A stretch of DNA of 46,289 nucleotides, taken from sequence record DRR723986_4045, one strand, 5' to 3'. Below, piece after piece: positions 36,109 through 44,507 of the stretch. The notes below the pieces were generated by a model. That model saw nothing but the letters and a program-made list of their open reading frames with translations. It did no database searches and was not told where the DNA came from. A program made the position numbers and the translations under genes. Each line of letters opens with the position of its first letter. The first letter of the stretch is position 1.

Positions 36109-36399
36109 CGAACGCTTCCTGCTTCAGCAACATCTGGGCATAACTCGTCGGACTCAATCTCTCGGTGCTCCTGGCCTGATGGCCGTTGGTTCACCTGTCC
36201 AAGATCGTAGCTAGCCAATTTGCCAGATTTCCTCAAGATCAGTTGCAGCGTTGCTGGCCGCGGTTTCCCCGCAAGGTTACCAATAAACCCTGTGTGGCGA
36301 CGAATAGCCAGCAAGAGTGCCAAGACAAGCTGTTAAGTTGGTAAGTTAATGGGCAGCGTTGATGGGCAGCGAGAACAGCGAATCCAAGGGAATTAGAAG

Positions 36400-37140
36400 A
36401 TGACCGGAAGCCAAGGACTGAAGAGTCGCCCCTTTGAAGCGATCAAACGCGTTTACGACACGCCCAACTGGGGGGCGAATTTGCTTTGGCTAACGATCGC
36501 GTCGTTGACGTCCAATTTCTTCATCGGTCAAATCGCTCTGCTCGGCTATGGTTCGGAATTGATTAAGCATCGCCGCGGCCTTCCTGGTTCACCGCAGCAC
36601 GATGTCGATTCAGAGCGGCTTGGAGACTACATTTCGCAGGGAATTTGGCCCTTTGTAGTTCAATTCATCACTCAATTCGTGGGCGGATTTATTGTCGGCA
36701 TTCCGATGCTCCTCGTTCTGTTTGGTGGAATGGGGGCCGGTGTAGCGGCCTTTGGAGAAGAAGGCGCCGTACTTGGCATGTTCGTGTCCGTGCCCTTCGT
36801 GTTTTTGATGTCGCTCATTCTCCTGATCGCGACCGTTCCACTACTGATTCGGGCGATGATCCTGCAGGATTTTTCGGGCGTCTTTGATTTTGGATGGAGC
36901 TGGCGGTTTTTCAAACTCATGTGGGTCGAAATCGCGATATCCGGTTTCGTCTACTATTTGCTTTGCATGTGTCTCGGGGTGCTAGGTATACTCTGCTGCT
37001 TCGTTGGAGTATTTGTCGCATCCGGCATAGCGATGGGCGGCGCGATGAACCTCGTGGCACAGTGGTATGAAATTTATCTCGATCGCGGCGGCGAGCCAGT
37101 TCTTGTGCCAGACGAAATCGTCGATGCAAGCATCGTCTAA
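36400..37140 (+). CDS. DUF4013-like membrane protein
   Basis: PNW..NLL, IALLGY, YI..G.WPFVV, several TM segments, LCCFVG, L.AQWY..YL.RGG. Confidence 0.75.
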   Translation: MTGSQGLKSRPFEAIKRVYDTPNWGANLLWLTIASLTSNFFIGQIALLGYGSELIKHRRGLPGSPQHDVDSERLGDYISQGIWPFVVQFITQFVGGFIVGIPMLLVLFGGMGAGVAAFGEEGAVLGMFVSVPFVFLMSLILLIATVPLLIRAMILQDFSGVFDFGWSWRFFKLMWVEIAISGFVYYLLCMCLGVLGILCCFVGVFVASGIAMGGAMNLVAQWYEIYLDRGGEPVLVPDEIVDASIV

Positions 37141-37374
37141 TGACAATTGCCAGCGCGTTGCTGCCGCGTGTTGGCGGAAGCGCGGCTGTCACGCCCGATG
37201 ATTCCATGGCAATGCTTTGCTATCACTAGGCAACTGCTCTTGTTGCACTTCGAAGTTTCCAGCTATCTTCCGCTGAGACGCTGGACCAGGAGTATCGTGC
37301 AGGAGTATCGTGCCATGCTGGGTCCAGGAGACTAAGCCTCAGCATAAGGCTGCTGTAAATCAGCCGACCCAACT

Positions 37375-38298
37375 ATGTCGCGACCACGCATCACGCCCCA
37401 ACTCACCGCGCATCTCGTCGCGGTCGCATTAGCAGTTGCTAGTGTGGGCGGTTGCACACGCAATTACCCAGGTTATCCGCCTGCGGGGTATCCGGCTGCT
37501 TATCCGGGCACTGCACCTGGAGTCGCGCCGGGCGCGGCCCCTGGCGTTGGTGCGGCGGCACCCGCTGGCGCTACGGGACCACAATCGGTTTTTGCTGGCC
37601 AGCAGACAAACCCGCAATTCGTCCAGTTGCAACAGCGTGTTGCGAACTTGGACGCGGACAATCGACAATTGACGTCGCAAGTCGCTCAGTTGCAGCAGCA
37701 GAACCAAGCTCTCACCAGTCAAAAAGACCTGCTTGCACAGCAGTTGCAAGATTCGGTCGATCAGTACAAACAGCTTGCCTCGACCAGCCAACAATATGCC
37801 CAGCAGGCTCGTGGCATGCAGGCAAGCATTGCCGCACGCGGCGGTGCAAGGCTAACGGCAAACAACTCATTGCAATCCTCTGCGGCTGGAGTCGTCATCA
37901 GTGGCGCGCAAGTAGTTCAGGATGGTCAAGTCATCCGAATTCGCTTGCCAGCAGATCGAATCTTCACGCCCGGCAGCGCGGCCCTTACGGCCGAAGGAAC
38001 TCGGCAACTCGACGAAGTGGCTAGCGTTATCACCCAACGATTCGCTCGGCAGCGAGTTGCCGTTGAAGGGCACACTGATTCTGGGCAGGTCTACAGCGGT
38101 TTTGGAACGCCATTCAAGCTGGCAGGCGAGCAAGCTCAGACGGTCATGGATCAATTGGTTCAGAGGAACCGCCTTCCGCCTCAGCAGTTGTTTGTTGTCG
38201 CTCATGGACCGAACCATCCGGTCGCCGACAATCGCAACGACTTTGGTCGAAGTGCAAATCGTCGCATCGAAATAGTTGTCTACCCCGACAGCTTCTAG
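37375..38298 (+). CDS. OmpA/MotB-family lipoprotein with coiled-coil stalk
   Basis: Lipobox-like SVGG-C, Pro/Gly/Ala linker, Q-rich coiled coil, IRLPAD.IF..G, VEGHTD, G..HP.A.N....GR..NRRIEIVV. Confidence 0.88.
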   Translation: MSRPRITPQLTAHLVAVALAVASVGGCTRNYPGYPPAGYPAAYPGTAPGVAPGAAPGVGAAAPAGATGPQSVFAGQQTNPQFVQLQQRVANLDADNRQLTSQVAQLQQQNQALTSQKDLLAQQLQDSVDQYKQLASTSQQYAQQARGMQASIAARGGARLTANNSLQSSAAGVVISGAQVVQDGQVIRIRLPADRIFTPGSAALTAEGTRQLDEVASVITQRFARQRVAVEGHTDSGQVYSGFGTPFKLAGEQAQTVMDQLVQRNRLPPQQLFVVAHGPNHPVADNRNDFGRSANRRIEIVVYPDSF

Positions 38299-38314
38299 CG
38301 GAGCTTCTTAAGGA

Positions 38315-39202
38315 ATGCCACTGCAGGAGCTTTCAACAGTGCGCGAGCCCAGCCAAACCTTCAGTCGCCGGCAACTTAGCAGAAGCCTAGCGGGCTCGCT
38401 TGCTCTGATCGCTGCTTCGCGCATCGGCAGCCCGGTCTCCCGCGCTTCTGACTACACAACCTGGCGCAGCGAATTCACGGTCGACAACTTCCGCATTCAT
38501 AGCGACATCACTTTCGACAGTTCGCACGATCTGACACAAGAACTGCGGCAGATTCGTAACGACATCGTTTCCGTTCTCCGCCTTCAGCCATCCAAGGCTC
38601 CTGTACACATCGTGTTGTTCGGGACGGAATCAGAATTCGTGCGGTACATGTCGAATTACTTCCCGCACATTCCCAGCCGTCGCGCGATCTATATGCAGGA
38701 TCGCGGTCCAGGCATGTTGTTCGGCTACTTCCACGAAGAAGTCTCAGTGGATCTGCGGCATGAAGTTGTTCATGCCCTGCTTAATGACGGTGCACACGCC
38801 TTACCGATGTGGCTGGACGAAGGGCTCGCAGAGTACTTTGAAGTTCCCAAGAAAGATCGCTTTCGAGGTGGGCAGAAGCTTGCCGCGACAGTTCAAAAGG
38901 TGCAAAACGGTCGGGTACCCGATCTGCGCAGTTTGAGCACCATTGAACGACTGGAAGACTTCGACGACGCGCGGTATCAAGACAGTTGGTCATGGATACA
39001 CTACATGCTGCACCGAAGAAATGCGACGCGTTCCCTTCTGATCCGCTACTTGGCCGATCATCGCAGCGGTGCCAGGCCAGCTCCACTGGTTCGCCAACTG
39101 GCCGACTCGGGGAAGAAGCTGGGCGATGACTACACTCAACATTTCCTCTCGCTCGCTGCACACAACGGCACTCGCCTTGCTGGCTGGCAACCGGATTCGT
39201 AA
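38315..39202 (+). CDS. DUF1570-like / peptidase MA gluzincin-type protein with Tat-like signal
   Basis: DLRHEVVHALL (HExxH), LPMWLDEGLAEYFE (third ligand), Y..SWSWIHYML; SRRQL twin-arginine-like N-terminus. Confidence 0.78.
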   Translation: MPLQELSTVREPSQTFSRRQLSRSLAGSLALIAASRIGSPVSRASDYTTWRSEFTVDNFRIHSDITFDSSHDLTQELRQIRNDIVSVLRLQPSKAPVHIVLFGTESEFVRYMSNYFPHIPSRRAIYMQDRGPGMLFGYFHEEVSVDLRHEVVHALLNDGAHALPMWLDEGLAEYFEVPKKDRFRGGQKLAATVQKVQNGRVPDLRSLSTIERLEDFDDARYQDSWSWIHYMLHRRNATRSLLIRYLADHRSGARPAPLVRQLADSGKKLGDDYTQHFLSLAAHNGTRLAGWQPDS

Positions 39203-39216
39203 AGGCTGACGGAATT

Positions 39217-39313
39217 GTAGTGGCAGCCCGAATAGTAGTGGCAGCCGGTCGCTCTCTGGGCGTTCCGGGAACTTAGGGGCTCTCCAGTTACTAGGGCGCT
39301 CCAGTTACTAGGG
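39217..39313. repeat. Two short intergenic direct-repeat pairs
   Basis: GTAGTGGCAGCC at 39217 and 39235 (18-bp period); CTCCAGTTACTAGGG at 39282 and 39299 (17-bp period). Confidence 0.85.
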
Positions 39314-39521
39314 GCAGACTCTGCGTCCAAGCTGAAACTCCTGGCTATTGCAGGCCATGTCCCAAGGGGGCGGGACTGGGGGCGTGCTGATTGAGCACTG
39401 GGTGGTTGCTGATTGGCCACACGGCGATTGTAGGATTCTGTGCCGATTGGTTGCTTGGCCGTTCTTTCGTTCTGCTTGTGGCCGGGTAAACTGTCACATC
39501 CCACAGGCTAACGGACGTGGC

Positions 39522-39612
39522 CGGTATAGCCGCGTCGGGGCCCTGTCTTCGGGAGCACCTCTGGCTTCCAGAGAAATTGCTCGGGAGACTGTTCGGGACT
39601 GGCTGCGAACCG
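39522..39612 (+). promoter_or_regulatory. Long imperfect hairpin in the thyA 5' leader
   Basis: Six nested helices (CGGT/ACCG, TAGCCG/TGGCTG, GTC/GAC, GTCTTC/GGAGAC, GAGCA/TGCTC, CTCTGG/CCAGAG) ending 3 nt before the SD AAGGA. Confidence 0.5.
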
Positions 39613-39630
39613 CGAAAGGAAGCTCACAGA

Positions 39631-40425
39631 ATGCGTCAATATCTCGACCTAATGAAGCTAGTCCTGGACGAAGGCGTCGAGAAGGGCGACCGAACCGGCA
39701 CCGGCACACGCAGCATTTTCGGCCACCAAATGCGGTTCAATCTGGCCGACGGCTTCCCGCTCCTGACCACGAAGAAGCTGCACCTGCGAAGCATTTTGGT
39801 CGAACTGCTTTGGTTCCTACGTGGCGAAACCAACATCCAATACCTGCGTGATCACAAGGTCTCGATCTGGGATGAATGGGCCGACGAAAATGGCGACCTC
39901 GGGCCTGTGTACGGGAAACAGTGGCGAAGTTGGGCGACGCCGTCCGGCGAAACGATCGACCAAATCAAGCAGGTTGAGAGGCAGATTCAAACCTCCCCCG
40001 ATTCGCGGCGACTTATCGTGAGCGCATGGAACGTCGCGGACGTCGGCCAGATGGCGCTTCCGCCTTGCCACTTGCTATTTCAATTCTATGTTGCAGAAGG
40101 ACGACTTTCTTGTCAGCTCTACCAAAGAAGTGCTGACTTGTTTTTAGGTGTGCCTTTCAACATTGCATCTTATTCTTTGCTCACCATGATGATGGCAAAG
40201 GCGAATGGTTTGCAGCCAGGGGACTTCGTGCACACTTTCGGCGATGTGCATCTTTATAACAATCACTTGGACCAAGCTAATCAGCAACTGCAGCGACAGC
40301 CGCGCAACCTACCAAGTGTGAAGATTACCGGCGACCGCAAGAGCGTCCTGGACTTTGAGTATGATGATTTCGAGTTGACGGACTACGACCCGCATCCACA
40401 CATTAAAGCACCTGTGGCGGTTTAA
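39631..40425 (+). CDS. thyA: Thymidylate synthase
   Basis: [56 protein letters not shown], terminal APVAV; 264 aa. Confidence 0.99.
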   Translation: MRQYLDLMKLVLDEGVEKGDRTGTGTRSIFGHQMRFNLADGFPLLTTKKLHLRSILVELLWFLRGETNIQYLRDHKVSIWDEWADENGDLGPVYGKQWRSWATPSGETIDQIKQVERQIQTSPDSRRLIVSAWNVADVGQMALPPCHLLFQFYVAEGRLSCQLYQRSADLFLGVPFNIASYSLLTMMMAKANGLQPGDFVHTFGDVHLYNNHLDQANQQLQRQPRNLPSVKITGDRKSVLDFEYDDFELTDYDPHPHIKAPVAV

Positions 40426-40523
40426 GTGGTGCATTCGCCGGGCGGATTATTTGCCTTTACAGGGGATGCCACAGCTCCGGATGACAAACGCTGGCTCGCA
40501 CGGCCACTCAAGAGGAGAATCGA

Positions 40524-41030
40524 TTGGACTTGCCAAACGACTGGACGTTAATCGTCGCTATGGCTCATGGCGGTGTTATTGGCCGTAACGGAGATCTCCC
40601 GTGGCGACTGTCGAGCGACTTGCGTCGTTTTAAAAAGCTCACGATGGGGCACTGCCTGCTCATGGGGCGAAAAACGATGGACTCCATCGGCCGCCCGCTA
40701 CCAGGTCGCCAGACAATCGTCCTATCCAGGTCCGGCTACGGCGGAGAAGGCGGCGTGAGGGTTGCGTCCGATCTAGGAGCAGTCGCCGGGTTGGTTGAAC
40801 CGGGGCGAAAAGTTATGGTGGTGGGCGGAGCCCAAATCTACCGGCAAGCCCTCCCTATGTGCAGTGATCTGTATATAACCGAAGTGAAAGCGGAAATTGA
40901 GGGCGATACTGTCTTCCCGGAATTTAATCGCGAGCACTGGCGTTTAGAAAGCAGCGAACACGTTCCCGCAGGACCGCGAGACGACTATGAAACCGAGTTT
41001 CAACATTGGACACGAATAACCAAGTCGTAG
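40524..41030 (+). CDS. folA: Dihydrofolate reductase
   Basis: LIVAM, VIG..GDLPW, DLRRFKKLTMG, MGRKT..SIGRPLPGR, VGGAQIY, GDTVFP. TTG start with SD AGGAG; follows thyA. Confidence 0.97.
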   Translation: MDLPNDWTLIVAMAHGGVIGRNGDLPWRLSSDLRRFKKLTMGHCLLMGRKTMDSIGRPLPGRQTIVLSRSGYGGEGGVRVASDLGAVAGLVEPGRKVMVVGGAQIYRQALPMCSDLYITEVKAEIEGDTVFPEFNREHWRLESSEHVPAGPRDDYETEFQHWTRITKS

Positions 41031-42037
41031 GGCGTCTCGCTCCGTCCCCAACCGGAGCACTCCACCTGGGAAATGCCAGGTCGTTTCTGCTGGCGTGGCT
41101 GTCGGCTCGCTCCGCGGCAGGGAAGTGCTATCTCCGCATCGAAGATATCGACTCGCCTCGCGTCAAACCACAGTCCGTTCGCGAAACGATCGAAACGCTC
41201 AAATGGCTCGGGCTCGATTGGGACCACTACGAACCGGGCAATGAAGCTGCACCGACAAACGACGAATCGAAGGCGTGTTGCGATGGGATCCCCGTGCAGT
41301 CTCATCGTCTCCCTCGCTACTCTGGTGTTCTCAAGTCACTGATTGATCAGGGGACCGTCTACGCATGCAGTTGCACGCGGAGCCAAGTCCAATCGGCTGC
41401 CAGCGCTCCGCACGAATCGTTGCTAACGGATGTCACCTTTGCTCTCGATGGCCCCGTCTATCCAGGAACCTGCCGCACTGGCAAAGCAGAGACGACATCC
41501 GCAGAATCGTTCGCATGGCGGTGGAAGTTTGACGATACCAAGGCCGAGTTTGATGACAAACTGCTAGGGCGGACGTCGATCCACCCACACGTTGTCCTTG
41601 GCGATTTCGTCGTCGCCAAGAAAGATGCAACTCCAGCGTATCAGCTTGCAGTGGTGGTTGATGACTACGATATGGGCGTCACGCAGGTTGTTCGCGGTGA
41701 TGATCTTGTTGCGAGTACTTTTCGACAAATCGCGATCTTGGATTATCTCGGATGGCCTCGCCCCGAGTACTGCCATGTTCCCTTGATGATTGGACCAGAC
41801 GGTCGCCGCTTGGCCAAGCGGCATGGCGACACACGTGTCAGCTTCTTTCGCGACAACAATTGCACTGCGGAATCTATCGTCGGCTACCTCGCTTACACTG
41901 CAGGGCTAATGGATACACCTGAGCCGACTGCTGCGGCTGACTTGGTTGACCGGTTTGGATGGGCAAAAGTTGATCGCTCGCCGACTACGGTTGAGCAAGC
42001 TGCCGTGCTCAAGCTCTGCCGACGCCAGTCGAGCTGA
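41006..42037 (+). CDS. gluQ: tRNA glutamyl-Q(34) synthetase (GluQRS)
   Basis: GRLAPSPTG.LHLGN, LRIEDID.PR, CSCTR...YPGTC zinc site, AYQLAVVVDD, VVRGDDL, RLAKR. Lacks the GluRS anticodon domain; start overlaps the folA end. Confidence 0.9.
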   Translation: MDTNNQVVGRLAPSPTGALHLGNARSFLLAWLSARSAAGKCYLRIEDIDSPRVKPQSVRETIETLKWLGLDWDHYEPGNEAAPTNDESKACCDGIPVQSHRLPRYSGVLKSLIDQGTVYACSCTRSQVQSAASAPHESLLTDVTFALDGPVYPGTCRTGKAETTSAESFAWRWKFDDTKAEFDDKLLGRTSIHPHVVLGDFVVAKKDATPAYQLAVVVDDYDMGVTQVVRGDDLVASTFRQIAILDYLGWPRPEYCHVPLMIGPDGRRLAKRHGDTRVSFFRDNNCTAESIVGYLAYTAGLMDTPEPTAAADLVDRFGWAKVDRSPTTVEQAAVLKLCRRQSS

Positions 42038-42060
42038 CGGAGATTGGCTGAGCCCCTTCG

Positions 42061-42696
42061 TTATTTTCGAGCGACGCCAATGAAAGCCGGCGGATAAGTT
42101 CGCACGTCCCACTCAATCGATGGGATGTGCTTGGGCAGATCGAAGTCGGTGTCGACTTCAGCGATCATCTGCGAGCCTTCAGGAGCAAGCTCGAACAGTT
42201 CCACTAAGTGCTGGTTCATCCGCTCAGGTTCGGCGTGCCACAGTCGGTACGGCGGGCAGCAGAAAACCAGCCACGGTACTTCAGGCCAGGCTTCTTTGTG
42301 GTCGGCAATCGATTTGAGCCAACGCAGGGTATCAACGTTGTGAATCGAGATGCAATCGTCCAGCCCAAGACGTTTGGTGTTCTTGAGGATATCCGACATG
42401 GCGGATCGAGCGAGTTCGAGGATCACCGCTCCTCCGGCCCCACGACTGACCGCTTCGAAAGCCAGGATGCCAGTTCCGCCAAATAAGTCTAGGACTAGTT
42501 CCCCCTGAAATTTCCCACCCAGAAGGCTAAATACGCTCTCGCGGGTCTTCTCTTTCATTGGCCGAGTACCAGGATCACCGCTGTAATCGACTTTGGTGCC
42601 ACGAAAATGCCCCGAAACGATTCGCAGTTTTGTGGCTGCCGCTTTCGCAGGACGTTTGGGCTTCCGGTTTTCTTCCGACCTGGACCGTCTGGACAT
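42061..42696 (-). CDS. rsmD: RsmD-family (16S rRNA m2G966) methyltransferase
   Basis: LRIVSG.FRG, TRPM....RESVF, VLDLFGGTG.L.FEA.SRGA; motif IV is CPPY. Confidence 0.85.
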   Translation of the reverse strand: MSRRSRSEENRKPKRPAKAAATKLRIVSGHFRGTKVDYSGDPGTRPMKEKTRESVFSLLGGKFQGELVLDLFGGTGILAFEAVSRGAGGAVILELARSAMSDILKNTKRLGLDDCISIHNVDTLRWLKSIADHKEAWPEVPWLVFCCPPYRLWHAEPERMNQHLVELFELAPEGSQMIAEVDTDFDLPKHIPSIEWDVRTYPPAFIGVARK

Positions 42697-43134
42697 TGGA
42701 TTCCTTCTGCGGGGCCGCTTGCGCTGCCCGCGGGATTGCTGTGATGGGTGTCGGAAAAGTTAAAAAAACGCTCGAAAGACCGATTTTTGAGCCGAGAACA
42801 TAGCGCCTACAGATGGCCACCCCACAAGTACTGAACTGCTAGAGCTTTGGGATCGTAAAAGTCAGAGCGCAGTCGCAGAGACTCCGCCTCCGATTCCAGT
42901 GAGGCAAGGGGATTATGGGTGCAGGTGCGGTACGACGCAATCCTCGTCGATATTACAATGGAAATCTATCGCCGGGCGGAAAAGGAAATCCTGCGTATTT
43001 CGCCCTGTCAGCCGCCCCAAGCATCAGAAGTGGCCGTTCGCCGGCTGCAGCTCTTTCCCACAATCGACAATTCAATGTTGCGTTCAATCACAACTGGCTC
43101 GCTCAGTGCGTAACTCCGACGGATAGCTAAATTC

Positions 43135-44373
43135 ATGTTCGCCAAATTCTCCACGATATTCGTCCTCACCACGCTAATTATTGGTGCAGCGAGCACCAGG
43201 GCTCAACAGGCTTTTGCACAAGCCAGCGATCCGCATGCTGGGCACGACCATGCGCTGGAAGAGTTGACCCCTGAAGAACTGATGCGAATTCGCAAAGAGC
43301 AGGAGATTGAACCGGAAACGGAGGGGTTCAAACGGGCAACGGAGGCCCTCCGCGAAAACTTGAAAAAGATGCGTGAACGAGTAGTGCGTTTCCACGTTGC
43401 TCAGAAAGGAGAAGAATTCAAACACCGCAGAGAGTTCGTAGAAATGCTTGAGGAAAGCTATCAACTGCACCAAGCAATGATTGCTGAAGCCCTCAAAGAG
43501 TTCCTTCAGGGTGGGAAAAACAAAGACAAGATTGCCGCGATGTTCCTGCGTCTTCTCGAGCGGGAAATTAAGAAGGACCGCAGCGAAGGGCTCTTGCCGA
43601 TTGCCGTTGCCTTGGAAGAAGCTGGCTACGAACACGACAGCTTAAACAATTGGCTCGTGCAGCTCGGTGTGATGTCGAATGACTATGATGTTGTCGAGAA
43701 ATTTCTACCCAGCGTTGCAGAAGAGGACTCTGAAAATCGTTTCATCCAAGCACTCGTTAAAGACCTGCCAATGCTCCGTAAGCGATACGCAGCGGAATTG
43801 AAGGCGCGTGAGGCAGACGCCGCTGGTGAACCGCTGCCAATAGTCCGGTTTGAAACATCCAAGGGCTACTTCGAAGTTGAGTTGTTCGAAAACCAAGCAC
43901 CTGAGACCGTGGCCAACTTCATTCATCTGGTTGAGCGTGGCTTCTTCGACGGGCTCGATTTTCACACCGTGATCGAACACTTTGCCGCACAGGGGGGCTG
44001 TCCCGATCGTGACGGCAAGGGGAACGCTGGGTATACGATCTACGGCGAGGCATCAAAGCCCAACGCTCGGAAATTCTTCCGTGGTAGCATTGCGATGGCA
44101 TTGGCTGGCGAGGACCCTGATACGGCCAGCTCACAGTTTTTCATTCCGTACCTGCCAACCTACGAACAGGATGGAATCTTCACGGTGTTTGGCCGCGTCA
44201 TTAAGGGCATGCATGTGGTCAGCTCTCTTGAACGTGTAGAAGCTGACAAGAAAAAGAAGGAAGGTGAACGCCCTGCGATACCCGACGAAATCCGGTCAGT
44301 GACCGTAGTTAGAAAACGCGATCATCCGTATGAACCAAATATTGCATCCGAGCTGCGTCCGGATTTGCCCTAA
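43135..44373 (+). CDS. Secreted cyclophilin-type PPIase-domain protein with helical N-terminal extension
   Basis: ETSKG, ELFENQAPETVANF..L...GFFDG..FH, QGGCP...G.G, RGSIAMA, SQFFI, TVFGRVIKGM.VV; signal peptide. Confidence 0.9.
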   Translation: MFAKFSTIFVLTTLIIGAASTRAQQAFAQASDPHAGHDHALEELTPEELMRIRKEQEIEPETEGFKRATEALRENLKKMRERVVRFHVAQKGEEFKHRREFVEMLEESYQLHQAMIAEALKEFLQGGKNKDKIAAMFLRLLEREIKKDRSEGLLPIAVALEEAGYEHDSLNNWLVQLGVMSNDYDVVEKFLPSVAEEDSENRFIQALVKDLPMLRKRYAAELKAREADAAGEPLPIVRFETSKGYFEVELFENQAPETVANFIHLVERGFFDGLDFHTVIEHFAAQGGCPDRDGKGNAGYTIYGEASKPNARKFFRGSIAMALAGEDPDTASSQFFIPYLPTYEQDGIFTVFGRVIKGMHVVSSLERVEADKKKKEGERPAIPDEIRSVTVVRKRDHPYEPNIASELRPDLP

Positions 44374-44507
44374 GAGCAAGCGTCAACACGCCCGCCAAAG
44401 CACCTTGCCGCCCCAGGGCTCGGACTCTCCAGGTAACACGCCCAACGCCGCCCATCGCCAACAGATTTAGGCCCCCCATGTTCCTTCGATCTGCCAATTC
44501 AGCTCTG

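Noticed and set aside
39217-39313. Direct repeats as a mini CRISPR array
   Set aside because: Repeats are 12-15 bp with 2-6 bp gaps, only two copies each, and no cas genes.
39517-39630. 38-aa N-terminal extension of ThyA in the ORF track
   Set aside because: ThyA homologues begin at MRQYL and an SD (AAGGA) precedes ATG 39631.
39500-39630. Known THF or ZTP riboswitch upstream of thyA-folA
   Set aside because: I could not find their conserved sequence elements; kept only as an unassigned structured leader.
42899-43130. Three short overlapping ORFs and small hairpins between rsmD and the cyclophilin gene
   Set aside because: No coding signal or recognisable RNA family; consistent with a divergent promoter region.
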